A stretch of DNA of 63,772 nucleotides, counting the filler, from Lenisia limosa (Eukaryota; Protista; Breviatea): the NCBI GenBank assembly GCA_001655205.1. It is 17 parts of 17 records of this genome, joined end to end, with 100 filler letters (N's around TTAATTAATTAA, not from the genome) between each part and the next. Parts side by side here need not be neighbours in the genome. Positions count along the whole stretch, not along the records: positions 36,331 to 41,187 come from LPNZ01002905.1; positions 41,288 to 47,279 come from LPNZ01005541.1; positions 47,380 to 49,515 come from LPNZ01009924.1; positions 49,616 to 51,116 come from LPNZ01000796.1; positions 51,217 to 53,358 come from LPNZ01003266.1; 12 more parts are not named here. One strand, 5' to 3'. The notes beneath the pieces are model-generated. The model was not told the DNA's origin and made no database searches. It saw nothing but the letters and a program-made list of their open reading frames with translations. Position numbers and translations under genes: made by a program. This document shows, piece after piece, positions 38,807-51,370 of this stretch (its first letter is position 1; each line of letters starts with the position of its first letter).

Positions 38807-40972
38807 ATGTTAATCAGGTTGTTCTGCGTCCTTCTTTGGGTAGTCTCTTTGGTTTCCAACGCTTCCTCCAACATTGCAATGTGGGAATGAGTTTAGAGGC
38901 GTATATATTTCTCTCATTGCTATATATAACACCTGTTGACAACCTAATTTTTTTCTCTTCTCATTGCTATATACGTAGTACTATATGATATACGTCAGAA
39001 CACCTCCTTGAAAGAGTGGCAAATGAAAGAACAATCTTACAACATAGGGGCCCGAATGGAATCTCTGTGCAGAACCCTCCATCTAACAACGAAGCTCCTG
39101 TTTCATTGGAGTATCTCAACCAGCAGGTTGGATGGAATACGTCGAAAATGACAGGGCAATTTTTGAAACCAAAGGGCATATATTCATTGCAGAAAGATTT
39201 TCCCGGCAGGGCATTTGCACAATTACCCATAACTCTTTAGATTCAAGCTCTAAATGCTTCTCTTCAGCTTGCAATCCAAACTGCGTATGGTTGAGATGTT
39301 TTTTGAAAGTGGTTGTCATATTTTACGTTAGAGTATTCATATCTCTTTTGGATCATTTTCACACGTGGAACTATCATTTTCCGCAAGTGATATGATACCT
39401 CATATCTTGTTTGAGAATTGACCGACAAGTTTGAACGATTCTCTGATACACTCGGGATGAACCCTCGTGTTATTCGTTTATCATTTAGAAAGTCGGTCAT
39501 ATCATCATCACTTGTGGATATGGGTTATCATTCGATCATATGATCATATAACTAGCTAGTGGGTACTGGTTAACATCAGTGAAGGAGTGGAATATGTGCG
39601 AACTAACTTTTTTAGGGTTGAGAAAGCCCAAAACCCTACTTCACCTTGTGAAACCCTTTTTCTGGAAGGTATGCGTCATGTTTTTTTTTGTTGTTATAGC
39701 CTTTATTGCAAAGATAATTTCCTTAGGCTCTCCTTCCGGTTCATACTTGGTTGACCATGACGGTAATGCAGCCACACCAAAGGTGGATAGGGATCAACAA
39801 AAAAGAATTTATTTACTTTTTAGAAAATGGTTCACTGTGACATGGAGCATGGGAGTGGATGGACCTTGGTCCTTGTGTACCACCATAAAGCAAGTATGGA
39901 AAGTCATATTTGTTTAAAACCTTGATACCGCCATAAACAAGTAATTTTATTTGTAAAACCTTGTTACCACCATAAATCAAGTATGGACAGTCCTTTTATT
40001 TGTGAAAAACCTCGAAATAAGTTACACTTCAGATACAAACCCAGATATTCGGATTTTGGACACAGAATTCCCGGCTTACACTGATCAAACCCTTGGTAGG
40101 TCAAGGTTGATATCTTATGGTAACTGTGTGCACAGAGTTGTAGGGAAAATGATTGGGCGAAATTATACTATAATTCCGCATCTACAATAAGCTTGATGGT
40201 GTGGACGGCTTCAGCCAGATACAACCTTGTTTTTCATTTCTCATTGCTAGGAAGCGACGGCTCAATTGGAAACACTGCCTGGGGACAAGCAGGACTGGGT
40301 TTAATTAAAGAAGTGCCATTCAAAAAGATACGCTTCTTTCTTCAGGTATTTCGAGATAATTTGTGGCTAATTTGTAGTCTTCAGCTCATAGTCGGATTGT
40401 GGATTTTTCCACAACAAATTCAGCTTGCAAGTCCCATATTACAGGAGAAACTACCAGCAACGGTTGTTTAGGAGTTAAGGTATGTCATTCGTGGTAAATT
40501 ATCGATAGTTTTCGAATCGAGAAATTCAGTCTTTTTCCCCCTAGTTATATCCTTATCCTTTGCAGTACGACCATATTCTCCTTTCGGATCATACATCCCC
40601 GATTTACCCTGAAGGTTGGAGGAGTTAAAACAAACTGGAACAAGCAGTATTGAAGAATATTGAGTATGATATATTATGTTCACGTGAGCTCTGTGGAAGC
40701 TGACGGAATCCGATCAAGACAATGTTTCACATGCTTACTTTTTTTCAGGCCTGACTACCTCCTCATCTTCCACAAATGACAGACTCAATAATCTCTTCGT
40801 GTAAGCGAGTGTGATTTCAAATTCCACCTTCTTTTTTGGATAATTCTCTAGTGGCAATTATGAAGGAACAAACCACTATTGGTACTGCAAAAAGGACTTG
40901 TGGTACGCAGAGGACGCGTCTTCTGCCCAGGGCACATCCAGAAGCGGAATCTACAAAATATGGGTGGCCTAG
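38807..40972 (+). CDS. Secreted fibrinogen-like (YCDxxxxGGGW-type) domain protein
   Basis: Signal peptide MLIRLFCVLLWVVSLVSNASS; short coiled coil LEYLNQQIQALNASLQLAIQ; GSPSGSYLVDHDGNAATPK-KMVHCDMEHGSGWTLVLVY matches the SG.Y..D.DG...V.CDM...G.GWTLV motif; stop at 40970-40972. Confidence 0.8.
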
Positions 40973-41388
40973 TAGCCTGTATTGATAGTATTATATGCTA
41001 GTGTATTAATATGTGTTTTCGTTTATTTTCAGCGATATGTCGTTTCCTGGAGAAATTAGCTTTTCAGTAGCTAATGAAATTGCAAATTCGACAGCTAAAA
41101 ACAGTCTATATATTTCGGTCGTGGAAATAATGATATGGAGGGTACAGAATGGAATCAGTTTACATTAGATTAAATAGAAACAGGAAANNNNNNNNNNNNN
41201 NNNNNNNNNNNNNNNNNNNNNNNNNNNNNNNTTAATTAATTAANNNNNNNNNNNNNNNNNNNNNNNNNNNNNNNNNNNNNNNNNNNNAATGGCAATGTAA
41301 CCCCTAAGCAGTGAAAATGGCAATGTAACCCCTAAGCAGTGAAAATGACAATGTAACCCCTTAGTTTCAATAGAGACTGTCCTCCAAC

Positions 41389-43803
41389 CGTCTTCTCTCC
41401 CAACAAAAACGTGCTTCTTGTTAAATCCACTGCATATGACATTCACTGCACAAGGTGCCTCGTAAATGGTCTAAATGGTAATGTGGTCTTGAGGTTGGGG
41501 TGGAGGAGTAAAATTTGAAAATTTTTGAAACAAAAAAGCCCANNNNNNNNNNNNNNNNNNNNNNNNNNNNNNNNNNNNNNNNNNNNNNNNNNNNNNNNNN
41601 NNNNNNNNNNNNNNNNNNNATCCCATCACTCCAGTGTGGGGGGTGATTTGATTCAAATGGATTCTGTGGAGTTGAAAGTATTAATAGCAACCAAACCAAC
41701 TCTCTTTTTATTGAGCCCAGGGTGTAGCAATTTAACAAAATTGTCCTCAGAGCCGGAGAAAACATGCCCTCCTTGAAATACTCTAAAATGTAAGATGATA
41801 ATATTCTGAATTTTCACCCATCATAGAGAAAAACAGAATTTATTATGTTTAAGTCATAATGATGTGTTTGAATTGTGATAGAGTGTATTACATCCTTGAT
41901 CAAAACAAAACACACAGAGCACCTCATACAGCGAAGATATGATGTGCATATGATGCTGGTCGATCTTAAACTTAACATTCTGACAGTCGGGTCCTGTTTG
42001 CGTAAAGCACATGAAGGAGTACAGGTAAGATCACTATTTCCCCATTCCTTGAACTCACTACTGGCACAAGACCCATAGTTACCTAATCTGATCAAAGATC
42101 CATCTTGAAGACCGATAAAGATGTCCCCCGAAGGAGTCTGCGCAACTGAGTGTACGAGAGGGGGATTGATGACTTCGCCTTCGCGAGGGTCTGAAATGTG
42201 GTCAGCATAATAGGACTAGACTTTGAGGATAATAAGATAACCAGTGAAAATGATATTTCTAAACTATTTTGACACGTTAGGTTTTTTTCACTTACCTTGA
42301 AGATGGGATCCACCAATAAAGCTCTCTTTCAGCATATTACTGCGGTACACTGTCGCATCAAGTGAAACACTAATTACTACAGTTGTAAGTGGACTTATTT
42401 CAAGAAGACTCCTGCTATATATCAAACAATAGCCTCTGACCATCTCCCGTCTTTCCTTTCGCAGCAAAAACGGCTTGGGAGCAAATCTACGATGTAACTT
42501 GGAAANNNNNNNNNNNNNNNNNNNNNNNNNNNNNNNNNNNNNNNNNNNNNNNNNNNNNNNNNNNNNNNNNNNNNNNNNNNNNNNNNNNNNNNNNNNNNNN
42601 NNNNNNNNNNNNNNNNNNNTCCGTTTTAGTACTAAAAAATCCTCATGGATCTGAGCTACTTCCCTGTAAAGAATTCGAATGCCGGTGGTGGCCTGCTCCT
42701 ATTAGGCAAATGATTGGGAATTGTAATTTTACTCTATTCCAATACTTCTAACAGCGTGATGATGTGGATTGATTTGGTAAGATACTACTTTGTTTTATTG
42801 CCCATTTCTCCATATTAGGTGAATTGTAACTGTAGGTGAGTGAATAGGGTATTGAATATTGTAATAATGTTACTTTCGAAAAAAAGGCAAACACAATTTG
42901 AATACAGTCCCACATTTTCATGGATTTGGAGATTAGAAAGGCATTCCATGTTAGGCATCTTGATGTAGCTTAAACAACCTTGGTCATCCGCCAATAAGGC
43001 TCGAGTGCACGCTGGGTTGATGTCAATCTTGAAACAGTAAGACAATCTGGTCTGTTGAATATAATTCCAGCAAAGAGTGTGAAAAATCTGGTCTGTTGAA
43101 TATGATTCCAGCAAAGAGTGTGAACACTTACAGAATTAATTTCATCTTCTGTTTCTTCCTCCATTATTTGTACACTTGTCTGTTCGAATTTTTCGAAGTC
43201 TAAAATGAACTTGTGGAGCTATTGCAGTTAAATAATCAAAGAATTAAGCCATTCTAATACATTTGTAATTGTAATTAGTATTGCAAGGATTCCCCTCAAA
43301 TAAATACCATATCATATTCTTTACAATTGGTATGTTCACAAATTCATTATAAGATATTTTANNNNNNNNNNNNNNNNNNNNNNNNNNNNNNNNNNNNNNN
43401 NNNNNNNNNNNNNNNNNNNNNNNNNNNNNNNNNNNNNNNNNNNNNNNNNNNNNNNNNNNNNNNNNNNNNNNNNNNNNNNNNNNNNNNNNNNNNNNNNNNN
43501 NNNNNNNNNNNNNNNNNNNNNNNNNNNNNNNNNNNNNNNNNNNNNNNNNNNNNNNNNNNNNNNNNNNNNNNNNNNNNNNNNNNNNNNNNNNNNNATTATT
43601 CACGAAACAAGCCTGCGGTTTCTTGCTATCAATGTTCCAAACAATAAGGCGTCCATCCTTGGGGGTGATAACGGCAAATAAAGAGGAGATCTTAACACCC
43701 TTGCAACCTCGCCACCACTGAAGAGGTACTTCTTGGAAGTTGTTAAACATATCACTCCATTTTTATGTTCAACAAGTTCATAATCCACTGTTTCTGTCTC
43801 CAT
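41389..43803 (-). CDS. WD40-repeat protein (WDR53-like features), 3'-partial
   Basis: HKNGVICLTTSKKYLFSGGE-DGRLIVWNID; DINPACTRALLADDQGCL; GGHVFSGSEDNFVKL; HVFVGREDG. Confidence 0.8.
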
Positions 43804-43892
43804 ACAGGTCAGTGTGGGTCGTAGGAAGTAAGCCAGTATTTCACTTCTCTTTCCCGTTTTCTTATTTAAACTGGTGGTAACTTTTTATCAGA

Positions 43893-46800
43893 TTAGGAGG
43901 CTGGCAAAAGGGAGAGCAAAATTCAAGCAAAAACCAATTTCACGAAAAAAGAACGAGAACCACTGGTACAACATTCTATACAGTATTTCAGTGAAAAAAA
44001 TGGTCCCAAAATGAATCACAAGAATGTATTGAATAAAGATTAGTGTATTGGAGAAGATATAATTGCAATTTGGCGGATATGGTTCCCCGAAATTCGGGTC
44101 AAACCGCAGTCCCATTTTCCTCTACATGGGGAGAAAACGTTATCCCTGTGTCAAGCAGCTCGTCATATCAAGGAAACTTCACACAGCAGATCCCACACTC
44201 CTCAATAAGGCATCCTAGCTATACCATCCAGCAAGATGCTCCCCAGAACCACTATCCACCCCAACAGATGAATGACTATTATTCCATACCTGTCATGCCA
44301 CCGAATGGCGGTAATCAGGTTTCTGCGACCCCAGCTTACTCTTTCCAAGTCGACAACCCGCCCCAGTACGCGCCGCAACATCAATCTAGACCAAGGTTTC
44401 CCAATAAAAACGGGCAGAACCATTACCCTCAGAGAATGAGGAGCAATCCCCCTTTCCACCCAAATTCTATGAATCAGCATCCCTCCAAGAAGAACCCCTA
44501 TGCTTATGTAAGTGGTGCTTTCTGTTCTTCTATTGATACGATGAATTTCACATTTCAGGCACATCCCCCTAGCTCCAACGCCCCGAATCCCTCTCAGCCG
44601 AATCCTTATGCTCAACAGCCCAACCCGTTTTCTGAGAATGCCTGGCAAATTCCCGTCCAAGCCCCGCACACAACCGTCAAGCAGCAGCCAGTGGCGAATC
44701 GTCCAGAGGCCAAACCTGCCACGTCTACCAGCGAAGCGGGACAGGTCAGTCTTTATTGCCATTCTTTGATTTATTTCTTGACTGACTGTGGGGGGTTCTT
44801 TGGAGGATTTAAAACTCTGATATGATGGAAAAGCTTTTTGGGATGACGTCTATTAAGCGTAACATTCATATTCTGCGTTGCCGTTTGAAGAATGGGAAAT
44901 GAAGTTCCTTTTTCTTTTCTTTGTTAGTCTGATATGACATCATAGATTATGTACAAGAGCGTTGGTATGAAATCATATGAAGTAAAATAATTGTCTCATT
45001 ACTAACTCATTGTATGTATTATTCATTGCACTATATTCATGGACTAGGTTTACAACCTCTTCTCCTCGTTGGTGGGCCAAGGCGGCATTTGTGACTTATT
45101 GGAGTCAGAAGAGGGTCGGAAGCGGGACAGTCGGGAGAATGTGAGCCGACGGAACAGTTTGCCGCTCCCCACCTCCAACAGTGAAGTAGACGTCACTGCT
45201 CTTGCCGACCAGGCGTTGGAAAACCTTGCGCACTTTGTGGGTAATAATAATGTTATATACTATAATCTAATATCTCGTAAGCGTGATGGTGTGGACNNNN
45301 NNNNNNNNNNNNNNNNNNNNNNNNNNNNNNNNNNNNNNNNNNNNNNNNNNNNNNNNNNNNNNNNNNNNNNNNNNNNNNNNNGCCTTTACAAAATACTACA
45401 GAAGGATCACATAAACGAACTAGATAAGAAATGTTCTGTGAATGGATTGTGTATGATAATTTAGCCCCGAAAAACTGCCCTCCCCTCCCATTTCGTCCAA
45501 GGCAACACCCGAGAAATCTGGTAGGATAATATTATCTTTCAGTCCCACTCCCCGAGAAATAGAATACGATGCTTCAGAATACACATGGACGGTAATCTTT
45601 TATATTTTCCAGCCCTTGTGTCTTAGAGCTGAAACCTTGGTTTTAATTTTGATTTAACATTTCCTGGTGTTTGTTACCCCCTTCAGACGTTGCTGCCCGA
45701 TGTCGTTCAAACAGTACTCCCTCCCGTGTATGTTGGTGTAGTCACCTCCCTCCTCGTGTAATGGGCTTTCTACTTTCTTTTTCTCTCCGATTACTTTTGT
45801 TTCACAGCCGCAGGCATTCCGATCCTCACAGATTGATCTCTCTCTTCCATCATCATCAATACCCAAACCCAATTTCAATGTTGAAACTGCAGCTCAGGGT
45901 GGGGACTTCCTTAGCATTCCAAAAGTTGATATTTAACACCAACGAAGGATTTTTACTCCACCTATGACCTTTCAGAACCAGTTATTGTTGAAACAAGTGA
46001 ACCAGTATCTCCACCATACAAATTGGTATGCTCTCCCCCTTTTTAAATGGGTTTGTTCAAACATACAATCCCACCCATACTAAATATAAATTATGTCTTT
46101 TATCTTTCAAAGCGAAGGTCTGCTTGATTGGCTCTTTTGAAATAGGCATTTGATGCCCTCACTTCTTTAGTCTCCCTCAGCTTCACACTCTTCCGTGAAC
46201 TCCATCCCTTCCGCTGACCTTCCCCCCAAACCGTCACATTCCCGCTCCAAGTCCGCGTCTCTTGCCTCAAGTCCCACCAAGATCAAAGAGGACTCTACGG
46301 TGTGCTTCAATACCTTCTGTTATCGGATTGATATTAATCTGTGGTGCTGCTTAACCCCCCCCCCCCCNNNNNNNNNNNNNNNNNNNNNNNNNNNNNNNNN
46401 NNNNNNNNNNNNNNNNNNNNNNNNNNNNNNNNNNNNNNNNNNNNNNNNNNNNNNNNNNNNNNNNNNNNNNNNNNNNNNNNNNNNNNNNNNNNNNNNNNNN
46501 NNNNNNNNNNNNNNNNNNNNNNNNNGGAACAGCGTGCTCTTTCAGAGCCGGCCACATCACCGCAACTTGAAGTGGGTCCTGTGCCCATTTCCTCCAATAT
46601 TGAATTCCAACATATCTGGCTGAACTGGACTTTGTTTTTTGTTTTTTCCGAACCATCTTGCGTGTCTCATTTGCCTTTACCTTCAAAATCATTTGCCTCT
46701 ACCTTCAACAGAAACGCACAGCCCTCCTCCCACCACCGGAAATGACACAGACACCCATGATCGTGGACCCCCCACTGGCCTTGGCCGGCGACCGTATTAC

Positions 46801-47154
46801 CTACACCCGCAGAGAGCCTCTGGAAGATGACTCAAATGTAGGACTGGGTTGGTTGTTCGTGTGTGTCGTCTCAGACTGTCCAATTCCCAAATATTGAGCT
46901 CCCAAGGGTGTGTTCCATTTTTTCAGTATTAACAAGGAGTTTAATCTGATCAAATGGGTTTCCTTGACAAGCTTCGTCCTTGTCCTATTTATACTTGTTG
47001 AAAATACATGGGCCATTCTTCTTTTTTTGACCTCAGACGCAATATCTGGTGGACTACGTGGCGCGAAGGTTGGCGTGGTCTTGTGGCCACCCATGCTCAA
47101 TAAGGGCCATTTCTGCCGTACTGAGAAGAGGCCGACTCGCGTACCCAAAGCCGG
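43893..47154 (+). CDS. Pro/Gln/Asn/Ser-rich hypothetical protein (partial)
   Basis: 260-aa ORF 44043-44825 rich in P/Q/N/S plus downstream spliced exons ending TQYLVDYVARRLAWSCGHPCSIRAISAVLRRGRLAYPKP. Confidence 0.6.
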
Positions 47155-47736
47155 TATGTTCCTGGCTATGTCTCATGCACAACTACCAATATATCTCTCT
47201 TATAAGCGTGATGGTGTGGAAGGCTTCGGCGAGTTACAATCTTGTTTTTATTTCTCATTTCTATATATTATACATATAANNNNNNNNNNNNNNNNNNNNN
47301 NNNNNNNNNNNNNNNNNNNNNNNTTAATTAATTAANNNNNNNNNNNNNNNNNNNNNNNNNNNNNNNNNNNNNNNNNNNNTGTTTTGTTGTTATCAACCCT
47401 CGTGTGCTGTCAGCCAAAAGAGTTGATTGGGGGTTTTTGTTCATAAGTTGTCAAATTAACGTTGCTCCTGTTTGTTATTGCTTGTTTATTTTGTTTTCTG
47501 TTTGCTTATAGTGTCAGATTATTCGGTTCGTGATTAGTACTTTTACGCCAATACTCTTCATCGAAATTTCCTTCGTTTTACCCCCCCCCCCCCNNNNNNN
47601 NNNNNNNNNNNNNNNNNNNNNNNNNNNNNNNNNNNNNNNNNNNNNNNNNNNNNNNNNNNNNNNNNNNNNNNNNNNNNNNNNNNNNNNNNNNNNNNNNNNN
47701 NNNNNNNNNNNNNNNNNNNNNNNNNNNNNNNNNNNA

Positions 47737-49146
47737 GCCGAGAGTCCCGCAGAATCGAAGGAGGGCAGCCTGTTGGAGAAGTGCGAGGGGTGTTGATGTG
47801 GTTTTTGGGAAATCCGCATTACCGTAGATGTGGCAGTCAACAAAAAAATTATACCCTTTTACGTCTTTTTTGCTATTTAGTGAAAAACATCAAATCAAGT
47901 CAAGGTTAACACAGGGATAGTTTGGTTACTGTAGTTTACTATTGAAAGTATATAACTCCATTGACTGCTTTAGGTGTGGGTGGTCAACCCCTCGCTTTCT
48001 CAGGTCACATTCGGTGTCACAAATGGTACGTTGTCAGGTTGTGAAGTTGTCATTGCTGGGGCTTCACTTCGGTTCGAAAAAGACCAGTAAAATATCGATA
48101 GTTTTCCAGGATTTATCGAGAAATTCAATCTTTTTTCGAACGGAATTGAAGCCTTAGTCATTGCATTTTGGTTATTTTTAATAAACAACTGCTTGTGCTT
48201 TTCATTTTATCTCTCAAAATTTTTTTTATAGTGGATTGCACCACTCACCCCGACAGTTCCTGCAGGCTTCAAGTGCCAGAATCAACTGATCACCTTACCG
48301 CCGCTGTCGGAGTTCTTGCTTAACATCACCTTTGCTCCTCCGAACCCTCGGGTGCATTATCAGTGGGGGCAAGGGGTTGAGACAATGCAGTATTTGATTA
48401 TTAAAAAAGAGACGTGGGGGTACGTATCAATTTTATGAGTTGTTTTGCTTTTTTTATTACGTATTTGGATTCCTTTTTTCCTGAGAAGAATCTGATCCAT
48501 TATGGATGGTTAGGTTGAAACTTTAATTGCAGATTTCAGATTTTATTGTTTCTCCACACCTTCCTCCTTAGCTGGAGTGGGTTACTCCTTAGCTGGAGTT
48601 GGTTACTTCTTAGCTGGAGTGGTGGTTATTGCATACATTTTCCTTTTGACCCACCTAGAGGAGAAGTTGTGCTCCGCGAACTTTCTTATGAGGAGCATGG
48701 ATCAAGCAAGAACAACCCCGTCCTTCCTAATGTGGGACCTGGGGGGGGGGGAGGCAGAATACTGTGTTTACAGAGTTTCAAAGCAAATGATTGGATGAAA
48801 TAATATTGTACCAATGTCTCTTATAAGTGTGATGGTATAGACGGCTTTATTTGTAAATAAGTCTTTCTTGCCAAATAATACAAGCTTTTTTTTATATTTC
48901 TCATCTCTATGGAGACTTGTTATTTTCTAGGATTCAATTCATATTGTTGCAGTTTATTTTTGAAAATACCATTATAACAGAGATGTCATAAAACAAGTAA
49001 TTTGATATAATATTACTAGAGTGTTAAGCAAAATGTGAATCCTTTGATATAATGAAATTCCTATCGCATTCTACTGATGATTTAGGATGCACACGAGGGA
49101 TGGGAAGAAGGGTTCATGCACGAGTCCTCTTTCGACAACGGCAGTT
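47737..49146 (+). CDS. ASH/PapD-like Ig-domain protein fragment (Hydin/CFAP-like)
   Basis: VWVVNPSLSQVTFGVTN-VPAGFKCQNQLITLPPLSEFLLNITFAPPNPRVHY-GEVVL resembles the ASH pattern V.N......F......L.P......I.F.P. Confidence 0.5.
48057..48156. mobile_element. Family A hAT-type MITE with 8-bp TSD GTCATTGC
   Basis: TSD 48049-48056 and 48157-48164. Confidence 0.9.
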
Positions 49147-49615
49147 TNNNNNNNNNNNNNNNNNNNNNNNNNNNNNNNNNNNNNNNNNNNNNNNNNNNNN
49201 NNNNNNNNNNNNNNNNNNNNNNNNNNNNNNNNNNNNNNNNNNNNNNNNNNNNNNNNNNNNNNNNNNTCACTATCATTTAGAAATTTGTACATATTATTTC
49301 ATATAATATAATATTTGTGGGGGTGCGGGTTTCTGTTTTTGGGTTCGAGTTAAAAAATAACATCCACCAAATCCTTCTTACTTCTAACTTGATTTGGGCC
49401 TTTTGATTTTATAAATTTCCCAATTTTACGTCCGCTAGAGTGGTGGGATGCGGTGTTACAGAAGGGACTAACCTAGGTTTTGCTGTTATCAACCTTCATG
49501 TGTGATTTGGGCTTTNNNNNNNNNNNNNNNNNNNNNNNNNNNNNNNNNNNNNNNNNNNNTTAATTAATTAANNNNNNNNNNNNNNNNNNNNNNNNNNNNN
49601 NNNNNNNNNNNNNNN

Positions 49616-51069
49616 CACCGCTACAACAATCCACTGGGAAGAGTCTTCATTTACCTCCTGCTGGAAAGTTGGCAGGAGTGGACTATATGTTTCATGAGAG
49701 TGGAAGGAAAATGATTGGATCATTTATTATCCAATATCTCTTATTGTGCTGGTGTTTACGATTTTAAGATCCTCAATTTTCATTTGTCAATTCCACTATT
49801 GTCAACATAATTTTGTTTCACAACTCCATATATACATATCATATACATTATTCCAGTGTTTCCAACATGGTTTTATTTGGCCATTCCACATATAATACAA
49901 CATGGTATCATTAATCAGGACGCTATGTTGTGCGTGATGCGATTAAGAAGGATGGCAAAGCATTCGAGGAAGTCCCCAAGATCACTCCCGCAAGAATCAG
50001 GTCCGTTTTGGGTCGCTTTTTCTCTGTGGATGATGGTGTGTAGAAATGAATGCGTAGGACTCACCACAACGTTTTATGTTTCAACATAATTTGTCCTTGG
50101 TTATTTCTCACACATCTCCCTATCAAACCCTTAACATCCCATCTCCGTATCATACCCTTAACATCCCATCTCCTTAACATCCCATCATACCCTTAACATC
50201 CTATCAAACCCTTCACATCCCATCTCCCTATCATACCCTTAACATCCCTCCTGGATCAAGCTCTACCGTAGTTAACAACCCCCTTTCATGTCATAAGGAT
50301 CAAAAACAATAAAGCAAACAAGCCCCCCAGGCCAGTCGTGGGGTAAATGGAATATTTATGAAACAGTAATAATAATAAATAATAAATAATAATAAAATTA
50401 ATAATAACATTTTCACATGAGTGATATCATTTTTTACGCAGTGATATGATCCCTCATATCCACTCTTTAATAATTGACTGACAAGTTTCAATGATACTCT
50501 GATACTGTCGGGATGAACCCTCGCGTTATCTTCGTTCATCATTTCGACTCGAAAGTCGGTCACATGATCATATCACTAGTGTTAACATTACCCTCACCCA
50601 AATACCGCTCACATCTCAGATGGATGAAGCTCTATACGATGGTCAACAACCCCCAGATTGCCGTCGACTCCAAGAACTATGGTTGGTAGGGTGTTACCTG
50701 AAAGACCGTAAAAAATCGCACTTGTCGAGGATTTATCGAAAATTCAGTCTTTTTTTGTTGCCGAAGTTATGGGGATGACTGAGTAATTCGCAAAATCTGA
50801 AATTAAGAGTCTGTATATATCAAATAGATAATATTATATCTGATAATATATCCAATTGCAAAATTCCAATTAATTGCAGTTCCGAGCGTGCACAAAATCA
50901 CGTTTTTATATGGACAAGAAAAGACATTTTTTCTGAATAGAATCTCTTGACATTTCCAATTTACACACCGAACATACGATCTCTTCATCAGCCCTATTTG
51001 AAACGCTGCTTACCCATTTCAGACGGAACAACCCACCCTGTTGGCAGACAGCGCTACGAGGCGGAAGGT
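49616..51069 (+). CDS. Hypothetical protein, internal exons
   Basis: GRYVVRDAIKKDGKAFEEVPKITPARI-RWMKLYTMVNNPQIAVDSKNYGW splice in frame; no family recognised. Confidence 0.5.
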
Positions 51070-51370
51070 TGGGGGTTAGTGTCAAAAACCAAAGCTAAAA
51101 TGCAAATAGTGAGATGNNNNNNNNNNNNNNNNNNNNNNNNNNNNNNNNNNNNNNNNNNNNTTAATTAATTAANNNNNNNNNNNNNNNNNNNNNNNNNNNN
51201 NNNNNNNNNNNNNNNNCTACCCCCCCCCCCCCAATCTACATTTACATCTATCTCTACAACGGATTCCTCACGGTCCCAAAAAAGACTGAACGTCTCGATA
51301 ACTCCTCGATAAATATCGATATTTGACTGTTCTTTACCTAACAGTGTGGAGAAGCCCTCCTCTCTACCCC

